A DNA stretch of 64,000 nt from the NCBI GenBank assembly GCA_964016885.1, contig OZ024741.1:189844001-189908000 (forward strand), in the 5' to 3' direction. This DNA comes from Eledone cirrhosa (Eukaryota). The notes beneath the pieces are model-generated. The model ran no database searches. It saw nothing but the letters and a program-made list of their open reading frames with translations, and was not told the origin of the DNA. Both the position numbers and the translations under genes were made by a program. Shown here piece after piece: positions 12,687 through 25,384 of this stretch. The stretch's first letter is position 1; every line of letters starts with the position of its first letter.

Positions 12687-13466
12687 TGAACTATCCCTCC
12701 CCCAAAATAAACTGTGGTCTTGTATCTAAGCTAGAACTCATTGAGTGAGTTGTTGTTTAACATCAAGTCAGTCCAAGAAATCTGGATTCTGGATTCCCTG
12801 CTTATAGAGAAAATATGAAATGATCATAGCTACAATGATAGTCACCGCTTTGATCATAGGTCAGCTTGAACATAGCTAACCTGAGGTTAAATAACAACAA
12901 TAACCATAGCTTTCACAAGCCAATGCAGGAGCCTCTACGTAGCAGTTTGGCTGTCTAGAAATAGCAGCTAAAGCTCCTTCAAATCATGCCTACTATACTA
13001 AAAATGGAGGACACATTAGATAATGAGTCAACGTGGAGCTTAACAGCATCAGCAACCATATTATGCATCAGAATCAGGTCTAACAAATGAAAGTTTAACA
13101 AATTTGGTTAAGACTATTTCATTCTTCTGCCCCTTAAAGCAATTTTTAAATTGAAATGCTCAAGTACCTCTTGTAGTGAAATCTTAAAAAAAAAAACTAA
13201 AGATGTCTCTTTATTATTGAAAGATAAGAAAATATTTAACAGTCAACATCATCACTGATACAAGTATTCATTAGTGAAGATCAAATTAGAATCTTTTCTT
13301 TTTATAAAACAATTATTTATTTGGAATGAAGGTGGGCATTTTATTTCTTTGAATTATTTGATGTTTTTTCCCAGGTTGCAGAAGTGGTTCCACAGGAACA
13401 AAGATATGAATGACAATTACATACAGACACAATATATGCATATGTGTATGTATGTATGTATGATTG

Positions 13467-13935
13467 TATGTCAAAGGGCAAAGGAGCTCTTAAGAGTCAA
13501 TGGCCATCCAAAATCACCGGGAGAGATGACCCCTTAGTCTTTGTCAAGGCAGAATTCTAGGAGAAGGAAAACTGTGATATAACACCTGCAACCCTGATGG
13601 TATCCAATGATGTTGACTTGTTCTTCTTTTTGGTAAATATCATCTTGGTTAAGAGAGTGGGACTGGCTTTGTGCAGTGCCTTTGCTCACTATAAAAGCTT
13701 CACGGCACAGCCATTGCTTTATATCTGGAGATCTCTCTGCACTTGTCATCACATGGTACCATGGGCCCAGCACTATGTGTCAGTAATTGTCACAAGTGTA
13801 GTGTTTGTCCCAGAGTTTTCAAGTCGCTGGCTGGACTAAAAAATCACACTCGTTCAGCGCATCGGTAGGAGTTCTCCTACATGGATATAAAGTAGTGGCC
13901 GTACTCGAAAACGAGTTGGCAGCCACCATGTGTAT
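13467..13935 (+). mobile_element. Non-autonomous bipartite RTE derivative (5'-truncated)
   Basis: RTE 5'UTR motif TTCTAGGAGAAGGAAAACT plus a 3' end encoding a C2H2 finger (CSVCPRVFKSLAGLKNHTRSAH); nearly identical to 54570-55030. Confidence 0.8.
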
Positions 13936-14621
13936 ATGTACAGTACATACATATGTCCTGTGGAACCACTTCTGCAGCCTAGGAAACACAGATCCATCAT
14001 ACTTAAGATAAGTCTTTCATATGAGAGAGAGGAAACAAAAGAGGTAAGAAGATATATTTGCTGTCAGAAATTAAAGAAAATAAAACAATCACAGAATCAG
14101 AAGACAGAAAATTAACAGAAAGATTAGTTAAGTAGTCTGCAGGGATCAGCTCTTATAGCAACAGTGACCAGCTGGCTTGTAATGAAAGACATTCCATCTG
14201 TGACTATCCCATCTAGTGGACCCATGCCATAAAAAATATTGACAATAGTGTTGAGCATATTTAATTTTGGAAGCTCAAGATTACTAGATATATATCCAAT
14301 CATACATACTGGAAATTTAAATGTTGATAAATATATGGTTTGCATAAGAGAAAACTTATAATTTGATTACTGATATGTGAAAGTGATTAAAGATAAAATT
14401 GATATTTTAATAATTCCTTTCTAAGATATAATTACATAAATGTTCAGTACATATGTACAAATGACATACAGGAGCAAATGTATGAGTAACTTTGGTGAAA
14501 TAACTATTTAAAAAGATTTGAAAGGGTACTTCTAATTGTAGCAAGATGACTGATATCAGAAATGCATTGTGTATGTTTTTGTGTGTAAATTTTAAAGAGT
14601 TACAGACAGTGATATATATCG

Positions 14622-15010
14622 TCATTTTATGTCCGCTTTTTCATGCTTGCATGGTTTTTATGGGTCTTTTCTAGCCCAGTATCCCTCCACTTGTTGTGGC
14701 CCTATGTCATCTCCTCTGTGAGCTTCAGTGATTTGAGATCAACTCTTACAACCTCTACCAAAGTTTTCCTCAGTCTCCTTCCGTTTACTGGGATTTCTAT
14801 GCTCTTCTTCACCAACAATCATTATACATATGCCTTATATGTCCATACCAGTGCAGTCTTCTTTCCTGCACACTACATCTGATTTCTCTGATACCCAGCT
14901 TTTCTCTTAGCTTGTCCATACATTGTTATTCACACATATTGACATTACACATCCATCAGAGTACACTCACTTCATTTTTCTTCAGCTTTCACATAAACTC
15001 TGCATTCACT
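14622..15010 (-). mobile_element. Diverged RTE family A 3' fragment
   Basis: Similar to 1183-1450 and 61858-62190. Confidence 0.7.
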
Positions 15011-15805
15011 TCCCATAAATATACAAACACACCTGATATATTATGGTTGATAGTGTATCTAGAACCACATTATCTAATCTATCCTTTCTGGATATTGTTG
15101 TTTAGTGTCAGGTCAACCCTGATTTAGCAGACCTTCAATCAAAAGTGTTCCAGCTATGACTATGACTATCTAGTCTTCTATACAGACATAGTACATCTGG
15201 AACTAGATTATCATTGTAATGGTTATTCAATGTATCACTCCTTTTTAAAGATGATGGGATGTAGGTTGAGGAAAATTTGGCTGCTATTAATAATATTTTA
15301 AGAGACCATATAGAGGCTCTCTTGTTTTGTTGTGCATATGCTTGTTCTACTAAGTGTAGCTTATTTATTTAGTCTTTTTACTAATTTCAGTTATTTGATA
15401 GTGGCTGTGGTGGGGCACCACTTCAATTATGTTGACTCCTATACCTTGTCTGGTTAGGCCCATCAGTAGAAAGCAGGGGGAGAGGGAGGGCACTACATGG
15501 TACTGCTCCATTATTTTCTAAGGTGCACCCTCAGATTTAGAAAATAGAGTTTATAAAAAAAACATTTTGAAATTCATCCCATGAAGTCTTCACTTTACTA
15601 ACTTTACTTCTCAAAATAAGAACAAAGAACAAAAATAATTTTTTTTAAAATAACAAACAAAAGAAGTTAACCAAAGAAGCTGATCAAAAAATTCCCCAGA
15701 TAATTATTATACTCAGTTAGAATGTGCCTGGTACTCATTTTCTTGATCTCTGTCAAATTGTAAGTTTACCTGAGAGACAAGGTATCTATACCAGTAAAAA
15801 ACACA

Positions 15806-15936
<131 letters not shown>

Positions 15937-16282
15937 TAAAACCTTAGGTATAGGACTATACTACTTATCTGTCTCAATATTAATAGACACAAATTATAGA
16001 GGATTAGGAAAGAGTTAATCAGTTCAACATACACTGCTTGTGTTTCAATTAATTTTGGAAATAGTCAAACATTGCAAAGAATTTAATGAGATAACTAAGT
16101 TGTTCATTATTAAGCTGATATGCAGAACATTACCTAAGTAAATTTCTAAAATATAATGATGAATGGTTTTAATATAGGGATAAACATTTTGAAATGAGCA
16201 GTTAAAATGTTTTCTATATGCTGACGTATATATGTGTGTGCATATGTGTATGTGCATATGCATACATTTATATGGGAAGAGA

Positions 16283-16490
16283 GAGAAGTAGTATGAGGTA
16301 GTCATAACAACAGTGGTAGCAGCACCCTGTTTTTGTTGTATGGAAGAGTAGTATGAGGTAGTCATAACAACAGTAGTAGCAGCACCTTGTTTTTATTGTA
16401 TGGAAGAGTAGTATGAGGTAGTCATAACAACAGTGGTAGCAGCACCCTGTTCAGCAGACGTAAAGAGAGAGAAGTAGTATGAGGTAGTCA
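16283..16490. repeat. 60-bp tandem repeat, 3 full units plus a partial
   Basis: agtagtatgaggtagtca at 16287, 16347, 16407 and 16473. Confidence 0.9.
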
Positions 16491-16537
16491 AACTACTCCT
16501 CTCTCTTAATGTGTTGTGATAGAATCGCAGAAATTTA

Positions 16538-18210
16538 TCTACTATATAAATGGCAATTTCTGTCTGTGTGTAACCAGTTGGTGCCTACACCAGTGAGCCA
16601 ATCCTGATGAAACTTTACACACGTTAAGCTAATATTCAAAAACAGGACTGGTTAATTGGATTTCAATAAAAATCAATAATGGAATCCCTGGGGACATCTT
16701 TACAATGGAGGAGGAAAGAGAAACGTTTCAGTGAGAGAGGGGGAAGAGGAGATACTACTACTGTATGTTAAACACTCCCTCTCACTACTCCCCTCCTCCT
16801 CCCACAACTCAGTCCTCCAAAACAAGGCAACAACTTATTAGAAATATACATAAAGAAATTTTAAACAAAGCAGACGACAATCTAATTTTGGTTGACGACT
16901 GAACAGATGTCTCCGTATGTGTATATACATATATATATCACATCCACTGATATGGATTCTGAACATGTGCACACGCTTAGGTCACATTATGGTCAACTGC
17001 AGGAATCGGTGATAAGTTACAAAAAAGTGTGATGATCAATGACCTGGAAGTTGGCTCGCCATGAGATTAGTCTGAAGAATAAAACCCAAATCGTATGTTG
17101 ACAAATATTCATACTCCCGGCATGTTAATTGTAACATGCCGTCTTTGAGAGTAGAGTTTATTTTGTCGATATTTCGAGGTGTTGGATCGTGTCAAGATTA
17201 ACACGAATTAAGAAGATGTAACTTCTCCTCCATTATTGACACTTTGCAACAGTGAATGTTACAAGGCCCTCTTTAGAGCCAGCACTTCTGGTTGTTTATC
17301 CAACTTATTATGGTGTGTTGTTTTGGGTTATGTCTACTATAGGGGGAAAACGGGATGGTTTTATTGAATTGCTTCAGTGATATTCAGGGTGCTTGAACAG
17401 TACCTGAATATGTTCACTCGTTTATAATTTCTTCAATAATTGCGATGACTTCCTCAATTGTTCTGTGTTTGTTCTTGTGCGCTAAGGCAGTAAGTTTGCT
17501 ATTCTCATACATAAGTTTGTTGAATAAGTTAAATACTCTTTGAGCTCAAACTTCCCCGGTTTATTCACTCTGAATGAAGAAAGCTGGATGGAAGAAGAAC
17601 TTATGACTTAAACAGCTGTAGAAGATCACGCCACCTAGCTTTGACTTTGGAGGCAGTCGATTAACTGCCCTTAGTTCTGACGTCTCGTTCTGATCAGTAG
17701 CTGAATACACTCTCTTTTTAACTTGGTGTGTTGATGCGAGCAGACGCATTTCACGGTGGCGAAACAGCGATATTGCACCATGCGGCCACGGGATATTTGA
17801 ACACCGCCACAAAATGATAATTACGAATTACCAATCATGGAGCATCTGATATGATAACCTGTTTTGTTTATTGCTCTGATTAAAATGCTCATGTACATGA
17901 AGTATGTTCTTTTTGCTTAATTGTTTACCTACACCTAACAACAAATAGAAGAGATGTTCTACCAGCCAAGCTAGGGAAACGAACTCCCCTCTAAATTGTA
18001 AAACAATGCAGCCTTCTAAAATTGGTGACCATCTCTCCTAAACAGCTATTGATAGTTCCACACAAAAAATTGATCTGCCATAAACACACCTAGTAAAGGT
18101 TGCTATTGAAAATCCAGTATGAGCAACCAGGGTCACTAGCATTTCCAGGCGCACTCTGGGAAATGCGAATAACACCACCTTTCCCGGTTATTACCAGGTA
18201 CGGCAGCTAG
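16538..18210 (+). mobile_element. Non-autonomous Helitron (1.67 kb) with unidentified cargo
   Basis: A|TCTACTATATAAATGGCAATTTCTGTCTGTGTG ... CCCGGTTATTACCAGG (imperfect hairpin) TACGGCAGCTAG|T; AT target. Confidence 0.8.
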
Positions 18211-18586
18211 TATATAGATAAATCCAGGCAGTTTCATATCTAAACAGTTAAAGAACTAAGTCTTAACATTACTATGAATATAAGGATAGTCAACATTTTA
18301 GATGCCTCCTTAGTTTTAGATACAAGCAATTATAAAGCCTATAAAAAAAATAACTTGTGCATATCAGCAGAAATTCCACTCACTCTCCTATCAACTTCAA
18401 TAACCAAGTTAAAAATATAACTGAACAAATTTCTAATATATCTTAATAGAAATCATCATTTGATATAGTAGTTACAACAATAGGGCTTTTGAGAATAGTG
18501 GTTTGAAAAAAAATAGTTCCATACCTAAGGAGGTGTGACCAATATATCCAATATATATATAATATATGTTTTCTATACCTTTCATT

Positions 18587-18627
<41 letters not shown>

Positions 18628-18657
18628 TCTCTGTTTTGTTCCCGTTCAATTTTTTAT

Positions 18658-18694
<37 letters not shown>

Positions 18695-19484
18695 AAACAT
18701 ATGTAAAACAGTGATGATAATAATGATGAAGAAGTAGATGATATATATCATTATCATCATCATAATCATTTTATATTCCTTTTTCCATGCTGGCATGTGT
18801 TGGATGGTTCGTTACAGACCAACTCATTGCTTAATTGGAGCAACTGTTTACATAGACTAGCTAGACCACCACTTCTCACTCTTGTACATTCCATTTTGGC
18901 AAGTTTTCTACAGATGGAAGCCATTCTTAACACCAACCATATTGCGGGGTGAACTGAGTGCATTTTATCATGGCATCCTTATGAGGGAAGTGGTCTTGTT
19001 CTCTATGTGACTAAAGAGTCCTCTCTACCTCTATATCATTGTTATTTAAAAGCCAATCAATATACAGGAGGTTCTGAATATTTTTTTGTTTTTTTTTAAA
19101 GTGCTATTAACACTAGAGATGTCGCATTGTTCCAAGGCAAGTGTGATCAAAGTTTAGTGCCAGAAGGGGTATGATGGTCTGAGTGTAACTCCCTTGTTAC
19201 ACAGAAATGGGATCAATAGTAAAGATTGTGGGAGGTAAGGGGCCTGAGATGGGCACGAACTTAGAAGTATGGTTATAAGTATGGTAGGTAAGACAGAGTG
19301 ATATATTGTGTAGATACATATGCTGTTGCTCAGTTCTGCTTCATACAAAGACCTTATTAACCCTTTATAATGTACTGTTTCACACTGAGAATTTATTAAA
19401 CCCTTAATATGCAATGTTCACCAGTTCGCCATTTGAACTTTATTCCTCCACTTTATTCTGTGGTGTTCCCTCTTCAGAGGCTAT

Positions 19485-19732
19485 TAACCCTTCGTTACCA
19501 TGTCTCTAATGAAATACACTGCCTACATGTTTAAAGTAATTTTAAGAATAATAAAAAAATGTTTCAAAAATTTAATAAAAATAACTAACATTTTAATTAG
19601 TATGTTGCTATTTGAAACATCATTTAATATTTTCTTTTATAAAATTATGATGGAAGCTTTTGATATATATGAACACTAAAATAGGCATCAAACCAGGGCC
19701 AGTTTCAAGTGGGTTGGTATCAAAATAGCTAA
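19485..19732. mobile_element. Possible second piggyBac-type MITE family (degraded)
   Basis: TTAA|CCCTTCGTTACCA ... TGGTATCAAAA; internal similarity to 16030-16120. Confidence 0.4.
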
Positions 19733-20282
19733 TCACTTTATTCTGTGATGATTATTAGTCTCTTTTTACAAGCTCATTAGCTGTATAAGCAAAGAGAAGT
19801 GAAATACCTTCACTTTGCTTTTATGGTGTATGACACTGAAATTTTAATGAAGCAGTTTACATCTTTATGTAATTTCAATCATTTTTTTATTTTTAAATGA
19901 ATATTCTACATTCTCTGCATGTCATACTAAAATAGTGTCTTCAATTTTAATGAAGAAGTTTAAATTTTAAAATATTTTCTAGTTTTCTTCCAAACAATAT
20001 TTTCTAAAGACAATATAATATATGTTGCAAGAGTTAGATAAAATTATTAGCAGCAGATCTTATATGGTAGCAAATAGAATTCATATCAGAAATCTTTTAA
20101 TAAAATTGACACATTATATCATATTCAGATAAGCCTAGGAGACTTTTTTATTTTTTTAGTTAAAAGTAGATTGGGAATGCTGAAATTAGAAAGAATATGA
20201 AGGTGCTCTGGAGTGGAACATACATTGAGGTGTCATCATTGAGAAAATGGATGTTAAAATAAAACAATACTTTGAGAGTCAA

Positions 20283-20432
20283 ATTAATTGTTTCTACTTT
20301 AGGCACAAGGCCAGCAATTACCCAGTGCATTACTGGTACTTTATTTTATCGACCCCGTAAGGATGAAAGGCAAAGTCAACCTCAGCGGGATTTGAACTCA
20401 GATCTTAAGGGACGTAACTACGCTGGAAAGCA
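20283..20432 (-). mobile_element. Meta-domain SINE (5'-truncated)
   Basis: Near-identical to part of 56582-56765. Confidence 0.8.
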
Positions 20433-20439
20433 ATGGATA

Positions 20440-21165
20440 ACTGTTGTTGTTTAACCCCAGGCCACCTTAGATCCAACTGATTTATGATTAATGGTGTTCC
20501 TACCACAACTAACTCTTTTTTATTTCAGACATAGTTTATCTGGGAGAACTGTGTGTATCCACTCCTTTTTTATGATGGTAGTGTGTTTTAAGGGAGATTT
20601 GACTGTTATTTCTAGAGTCAAGTTACAACATAGAGTCTTCCTTATTGGATAGTCCATGCACCTACTATTGTTGTTATTAGTGGTGGTGGTATTGAACCCA
20701 AGGTCAAATTTGACTGAGCAAAACTATGATCAACGACATCCTGCCATGACCACTCCAACTTTTAGAGGTGGCTAAGGCTGCATTATTTAATGTGTACTTT
20801 CTTTTTTAAGATGGTAGAATGCAATTTCAGGGAGATTTGGTTGCTATTTTTTGTGTGTCAAACAACCCCATAGAGGCCTGTTGTTGTTCTTGCTGTTTAG
20901 CTGCAACTTTGATTGAGCAGCCCTATGATCAGAGGCATTCCAACCATGCCCATGCCCTCTTATTTTCAGACGGTATCTTGTATCTAGGACTGCACTATTC
21001 AATGGGTCCTCCTCATTTTTTTAAGATTTAAGGGCAATTTAGCTGCCATTTCTAGCCAAATTGGCTTGTCTGTATGCTTCTTGATATTGTTTTTGGTTAA
21101 CACTAGATCAAACCTGCAGGCCTATGATCAAAGGCGTCCCTGTCATGACCAGCCCATTTTTAGGG
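20440..21165 (-). repeat. Tandem degraded copies of a dispersed retroposon tail with an (AAC)n end
   Basis: Recurrent tgttgtttaacc...ctatgatcaaagg..ttcc.gccatgacc; also at 12750-13030, 15095-15330, 44340-44530 and 47700-48300. Confidence 0.55.
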
Positions 21166-21166
21166 A

Positions 21167-21613
21167 CTAGAATTTTTTTTTAAATGCTCATGGATGTATG
21201 AGTATATTATTATAAACACGCAAACACAAACAAACTTATAAAAATACACACTCAGGCATACATGTTAGATGCTGTTTTCTGTAGTTTGTCACCACCCCTT
21301 CCCTCCTCAATCATCTCTAGTGTGTGACATCATCACCCCTTCCTTCCTCAGACATCTCTAGTGTGACGTCATCACCCTTTCCTTCCTCAATCATCTCTAG
21401 TGTGTGATGTCATCACCCTTTCCTTCTTCAATCATCTCTAGTGTGTGATGTCATCACCCCTTCCTTCCTCAGACATCTCTAGTGTGTGACATCATCACCC
21501 CTTCCTCCTCAGTCATCTCTAGTGTGTGATGTCATCACCCCTTCCTTTCTCAGTCATCTCTAGTGTGTGATGGAAGGACGGACAAACGGAAATCACTCAA
21601 TTTTATATATAGA
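21167..21613 (-). mobile_element. Helitron-like element carrying an internal ~41-bp minisatellite (~7 units, 21290-21571)
   Basis: Minus-strand head A|TCTATATATAAAATTGAGTGATTTCCGTTTGTCCGTC; unit tcatcaccccttccttcctcagtcatctctagtgtgtgatg; 3' end uncertain. Confidence 0.65.
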
Positions 21614-23023
21614 TTCTTTGTACTACTTTATGCTTACTTAAAACAATGTGATGTGCTTTGAGGAAGATTTAGCTGCTCTAAACTCCACAGACATAAAGCA
21701 CCTGCAGAGTTTATTTTACCCACATTCATTCAATGTCTGTGACAGAATCATTAGATCATTGGTATTTGATCTGGTTCTCTGTACTCCGATTTTAAATCAT
21801 GCCATGGGCAACTTTACTTTCATCTTTTCAGGGTCAATGATTAAAGTATCATTCTAGGGTGGTGCATTGGTAGAATTATTAAAGCAACCAGCAAGATGCC
21901 TTGCAGTATCTGTTCCAGCTTCGTTGGTTCTGTGCTCAAATCCCACTTCCTGTCACTGGAAAAATAGTGACATGAAAATCAAGTGCCCCTATCATTAAAA
22001 CACGCAAGACATTTCCTATATGATGCAATCCTGTAGGAGGCTGACTAAACCTACTACAGAGATGTGTGTCACAACTATAACATTGCTAACATGTGATGTT
22101 TTGTTGAACAGCTGTTGTTGGGTGTAGGACAGATCTGGCTATCAGCAAAGTCCTTAATAATAATCCCTTCACTGGTTTCCTTTAAAATTCTATGGAGGAC
22201 TGAACCAAAAGAACTTAGGACAGACCCTTTACTTTCCAATCAAGCTCTTGTCAGCAATTTTCGGTTTCACTTGAGGAAGAAAATGAAGATGTAGTGCTGC
22301 TCTCTAGTACATTTGTTAAAAGGTGGATGAGAGTGGCAAGCATGGCCTAATTGAATGTGCCTACTCCCAAAATGTTTCTTTAGACCAGAGAGGGAGAGGA
22401 CTCTGACTTTTTGTTGTCAGGGTAATTCCGGATCTGTAGCAATCCTTTTATTTGAACTATTTCATATATCTGTATATGGTACAAATTGAATTTTGGATAC
22501 ATTCTGCTTCAATTTAATATGTTTTTTTTATTCCTCCGAAAATGGAGAAGTGTGAACAATATACCTATATATCATTGTGTATGTATAGATATTAATTATA
22601 CGAATTTTCACCTAACATTGTTCGAATAATTGGATGTACAACTCTCTTGAAACTTGTGTAAAGAATTCAAAATGATTTAAAAACTAAATTTTCCATCTAA
22701 ACATTTGATTATATCTGTTTGTGTTTGTATATATATATATATATATATATCAAAATTATGTGTACAAATCGACCAAGGAGGAGAGATAGGAGATTAGTTT
22801 TGAGAATTTTAAGCCAGTAGTGAAGAGGACAGTGTGTTCAATGTGTATAAAATGCAAGACAAGCGAACAATGAAAGTAACCAAGAGAAATATATGTCAAG
22901 CAAAAAGTGTATAGGCAGAGCATTAAATGTTAGAGAATACAATTGTAAACTAATAAATATATTTGTTCAAGAATTCGATATTATATTCTCTAACGTTTTA
23001 TTTATATATATATATATATATAT

Positions 23024-23147
23024 ATAGGTAAAGAGTCAGGACCCCAACGGCTGAGCTCTGACCATTTCGACAGCTAGATCCGAATGTTTGGATCTAGCTG
23101 TCGAAATGGCCAGAGCTCAGCCGTCGGGGTCCTGACTCTTTACCTAT
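23024..23147. repeat. Near-perfect 124-bp palindrome (Penelope-like inverted pLTR)
   Basis: About 61-bp arms and a 2-nt loop; contains GAAA-stem III-GTC of a hammerhead. Confidence 0.85.
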
Positions 23148-23284
23148 TAACCACTCTACTACCCTAAGTATTGAGTACTCTGGTGCATTATGGTCCACCT
23201 GGTATCTTACCATACCCTCTTTGTTGTTTATATATATACATAATAGTTTAGATGAGTTGGTAACAGAACTATGGAAAATTAAGA

Positions 23285-23417
23285 AATTCAACCTCTTTAG
23301 TTAAATTAATCTGGAGTCTAAAAAGGATAATATTCAGTGCTCTATTAGATGGAGTATTATTAATTCAGCAAAACCATATGGAGCCAATAGAACTAGATGC
23401 AATCTTTGTTTGACTGA
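23285..23417 (+). pseudogene. Penelope-like element GIY-YIG endonuclease C-terminal fragment
   Basis: NSTSLVKLIWSLK (frameshift) DNIQCSIRWSIINSAKPYGANRTRCNLCLT, matching the PLE C-terminal W-x-I...PY...C-x-LC signature. Confidence 0.8.
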
Positions 23418-23841
23418 TGCGTATAAAATGCAAGACAAGCGAACAATGAAAGTAACCAAGAGAAATATATGAAGCATTTGAAATAATAACTTCTAAAATT
23501 AATCTTCTTGACTCTAGAAATGAGATAATCCTTTCTTGTCCTCATAGAACTTTTCGCTCTTTCTTTTATAATATCCATGAACCTGCTTTATTATACTTGT
23601 TTACATTCCAGGTATGGATATGTATGTATATAGATATATATGTGTGTGTATAGGTGTATATTTATATATATAGATAGATAGAGAGAGAGAGGGGGGGATT
23701 TTAGTATATAAGTATAGTAGGATAAATGCATGTATATATAATGTAGGGATGTGCATATATGTAGGCATAACTATATATGTATGTATATATAGGTCTGCAC
23801 ATTGAGAATCATGAAAACATGTATATGTCTGTATGGGTATA

Positions 23842-25312
23842 TCATCATCATCATCATCATCAATGTTTAACGTCCGTGTTCCACGCTTGCATGGGTTTGG
23901 ACGGGGGTAGTCCCACTTGAGGCAAGAGTGATTGTCTTGCTCGCATAGGACTGTCTGGCAGGTTTTCTACAGTTGGATGCCCTTCCTAACACCAACCACA
24001 TTTACAGTGTGGGTCTGGGAGGTTTTTACCGTGTTGCCTACACGGCCACATTACAGCGTGGACTGTGTGTTTTTTTGTCGTGACACCTACACGATCTCAT
24101 TTGTTTCGGCCTCGATGGCGCGGCACCAACATAACTTTACATAGAACGGGGTGGTGTGGATCGGGTGGGGGTGGTGGTGGTGGGACGGGGTGTATTTTGT
24201 TAGAGATGCCTACTGGCTGGAGTAGGTTTTACTATATATTTAGGTAAGGCGGGTCTTCTCTGTTACTGAGTACCGCCAAAGGTCTCGGTCCAGTGACATT
24301 GTCTTGGAGAGGTGTAAGTGTGTGATGTCGGAGTTTATCAGCTCGTCCCAGGTTTTTCTAGGTCTGCCTATTCCGTGACTACCGTCTATCTTTATTGCCC
24401 TGCACTTTGTTATACAGCTATCGACTTTCATGCGCATCACGTGTCCATACCAACGTAGCCTTCTCTCGAGTAAACAACATCTGATCCCTCTTATCTCTAA
24501 TTTTTTCCTTAGTTCGTTTATGCTTTGCCGTTCACGTATATTACTGTTACACATCCAGCGGAGCATGCAAGCTTCGTTCCTCTCTAGTCTGCGTATATCC
24601 TCTGCACACAATGCCCAGGTCTCACTGCCATGCAGCATTGCTGTTCGTATGCAGGCATCGTACAACCTGCCTTTCATTTTTAGTGAGAAGTGGTATAAGC
24701 TCTCTGAACTTTTTCCAACCAGTTCTGACTCTAGCTACGGTACTTTCAGAGCACCCTCCCCCACTGCTGATTTTATCGCCCAGGTAACGGAAGCTGTCCA
24801 CTATTTCTATAGAACCCTCTGCGCAATTGAAAGAGCTAGTAGTTTGTGGGCACTTGCTGCTACTTATTGCACCAGAGCACCGGCCACATGTAAAATCTAT
24901 GTTCTTAGTTAGCTTACCTGTGATCCCACTACATCTTTTATGCACCCATACTTTGCATTTAGGACATAAAATGGAGTTTCTACCTACGCCTTTCCTACAC
25001 ACCGAGCACGACCATTTCCCAGAAGGGACCGCTGCCTTGTTTTCTTTCCTACAAACTAGTACTTTGGTCTTAGCCAGGTTAATTTTAAGTCCTTTTGACT
25101 CTAGGCCGTGCTTCCATGTTTGGAATTTCTTCTCTAGCTCGGCCATTGATTCCGCTATGAGTGTCAGGTCGTCTGCGTATAGGAGTTCCCATGGGCAGCC
25201 TGTCTTGAACTCCTCTGTTATAGCCTGAAGGGCAATAATAAATAGTAGTGGGCTGAGAACAGAGCCCTGATGGACGCCAACTTTTACGCTAAACTCTTCA
25301 CTATATTCGTTG
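23842..25312 (-). mobile_element. RTE family B LINE, 3' 1.5 kb (RT C-half, Cys-rich insert, 3'UTR, (GAT)n tail), frameshifted near 24680
   Basis: GVHQGSVLSPLLF, YADD, VDSFRYLGD, LHGSETW, RRLRWYGHVMRM and GRPRKTW motifs. Confidence 0.95.
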
Positions 25313-25384
25313 TTAATATGTTTATGTGTATGCATGTGTATGTATTATGTATACATATATAAATATACGTAAGTATATGTATCA

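Noticed and set aside
16283-16508. let-7-like TGAGGTAGT seed and a terminal ~45-nt hairpin
   Set aside because: Only 9 nt match, the motif lies in the hairpin loop rather than an arm, and it is part of a 60-bp tandem unit.
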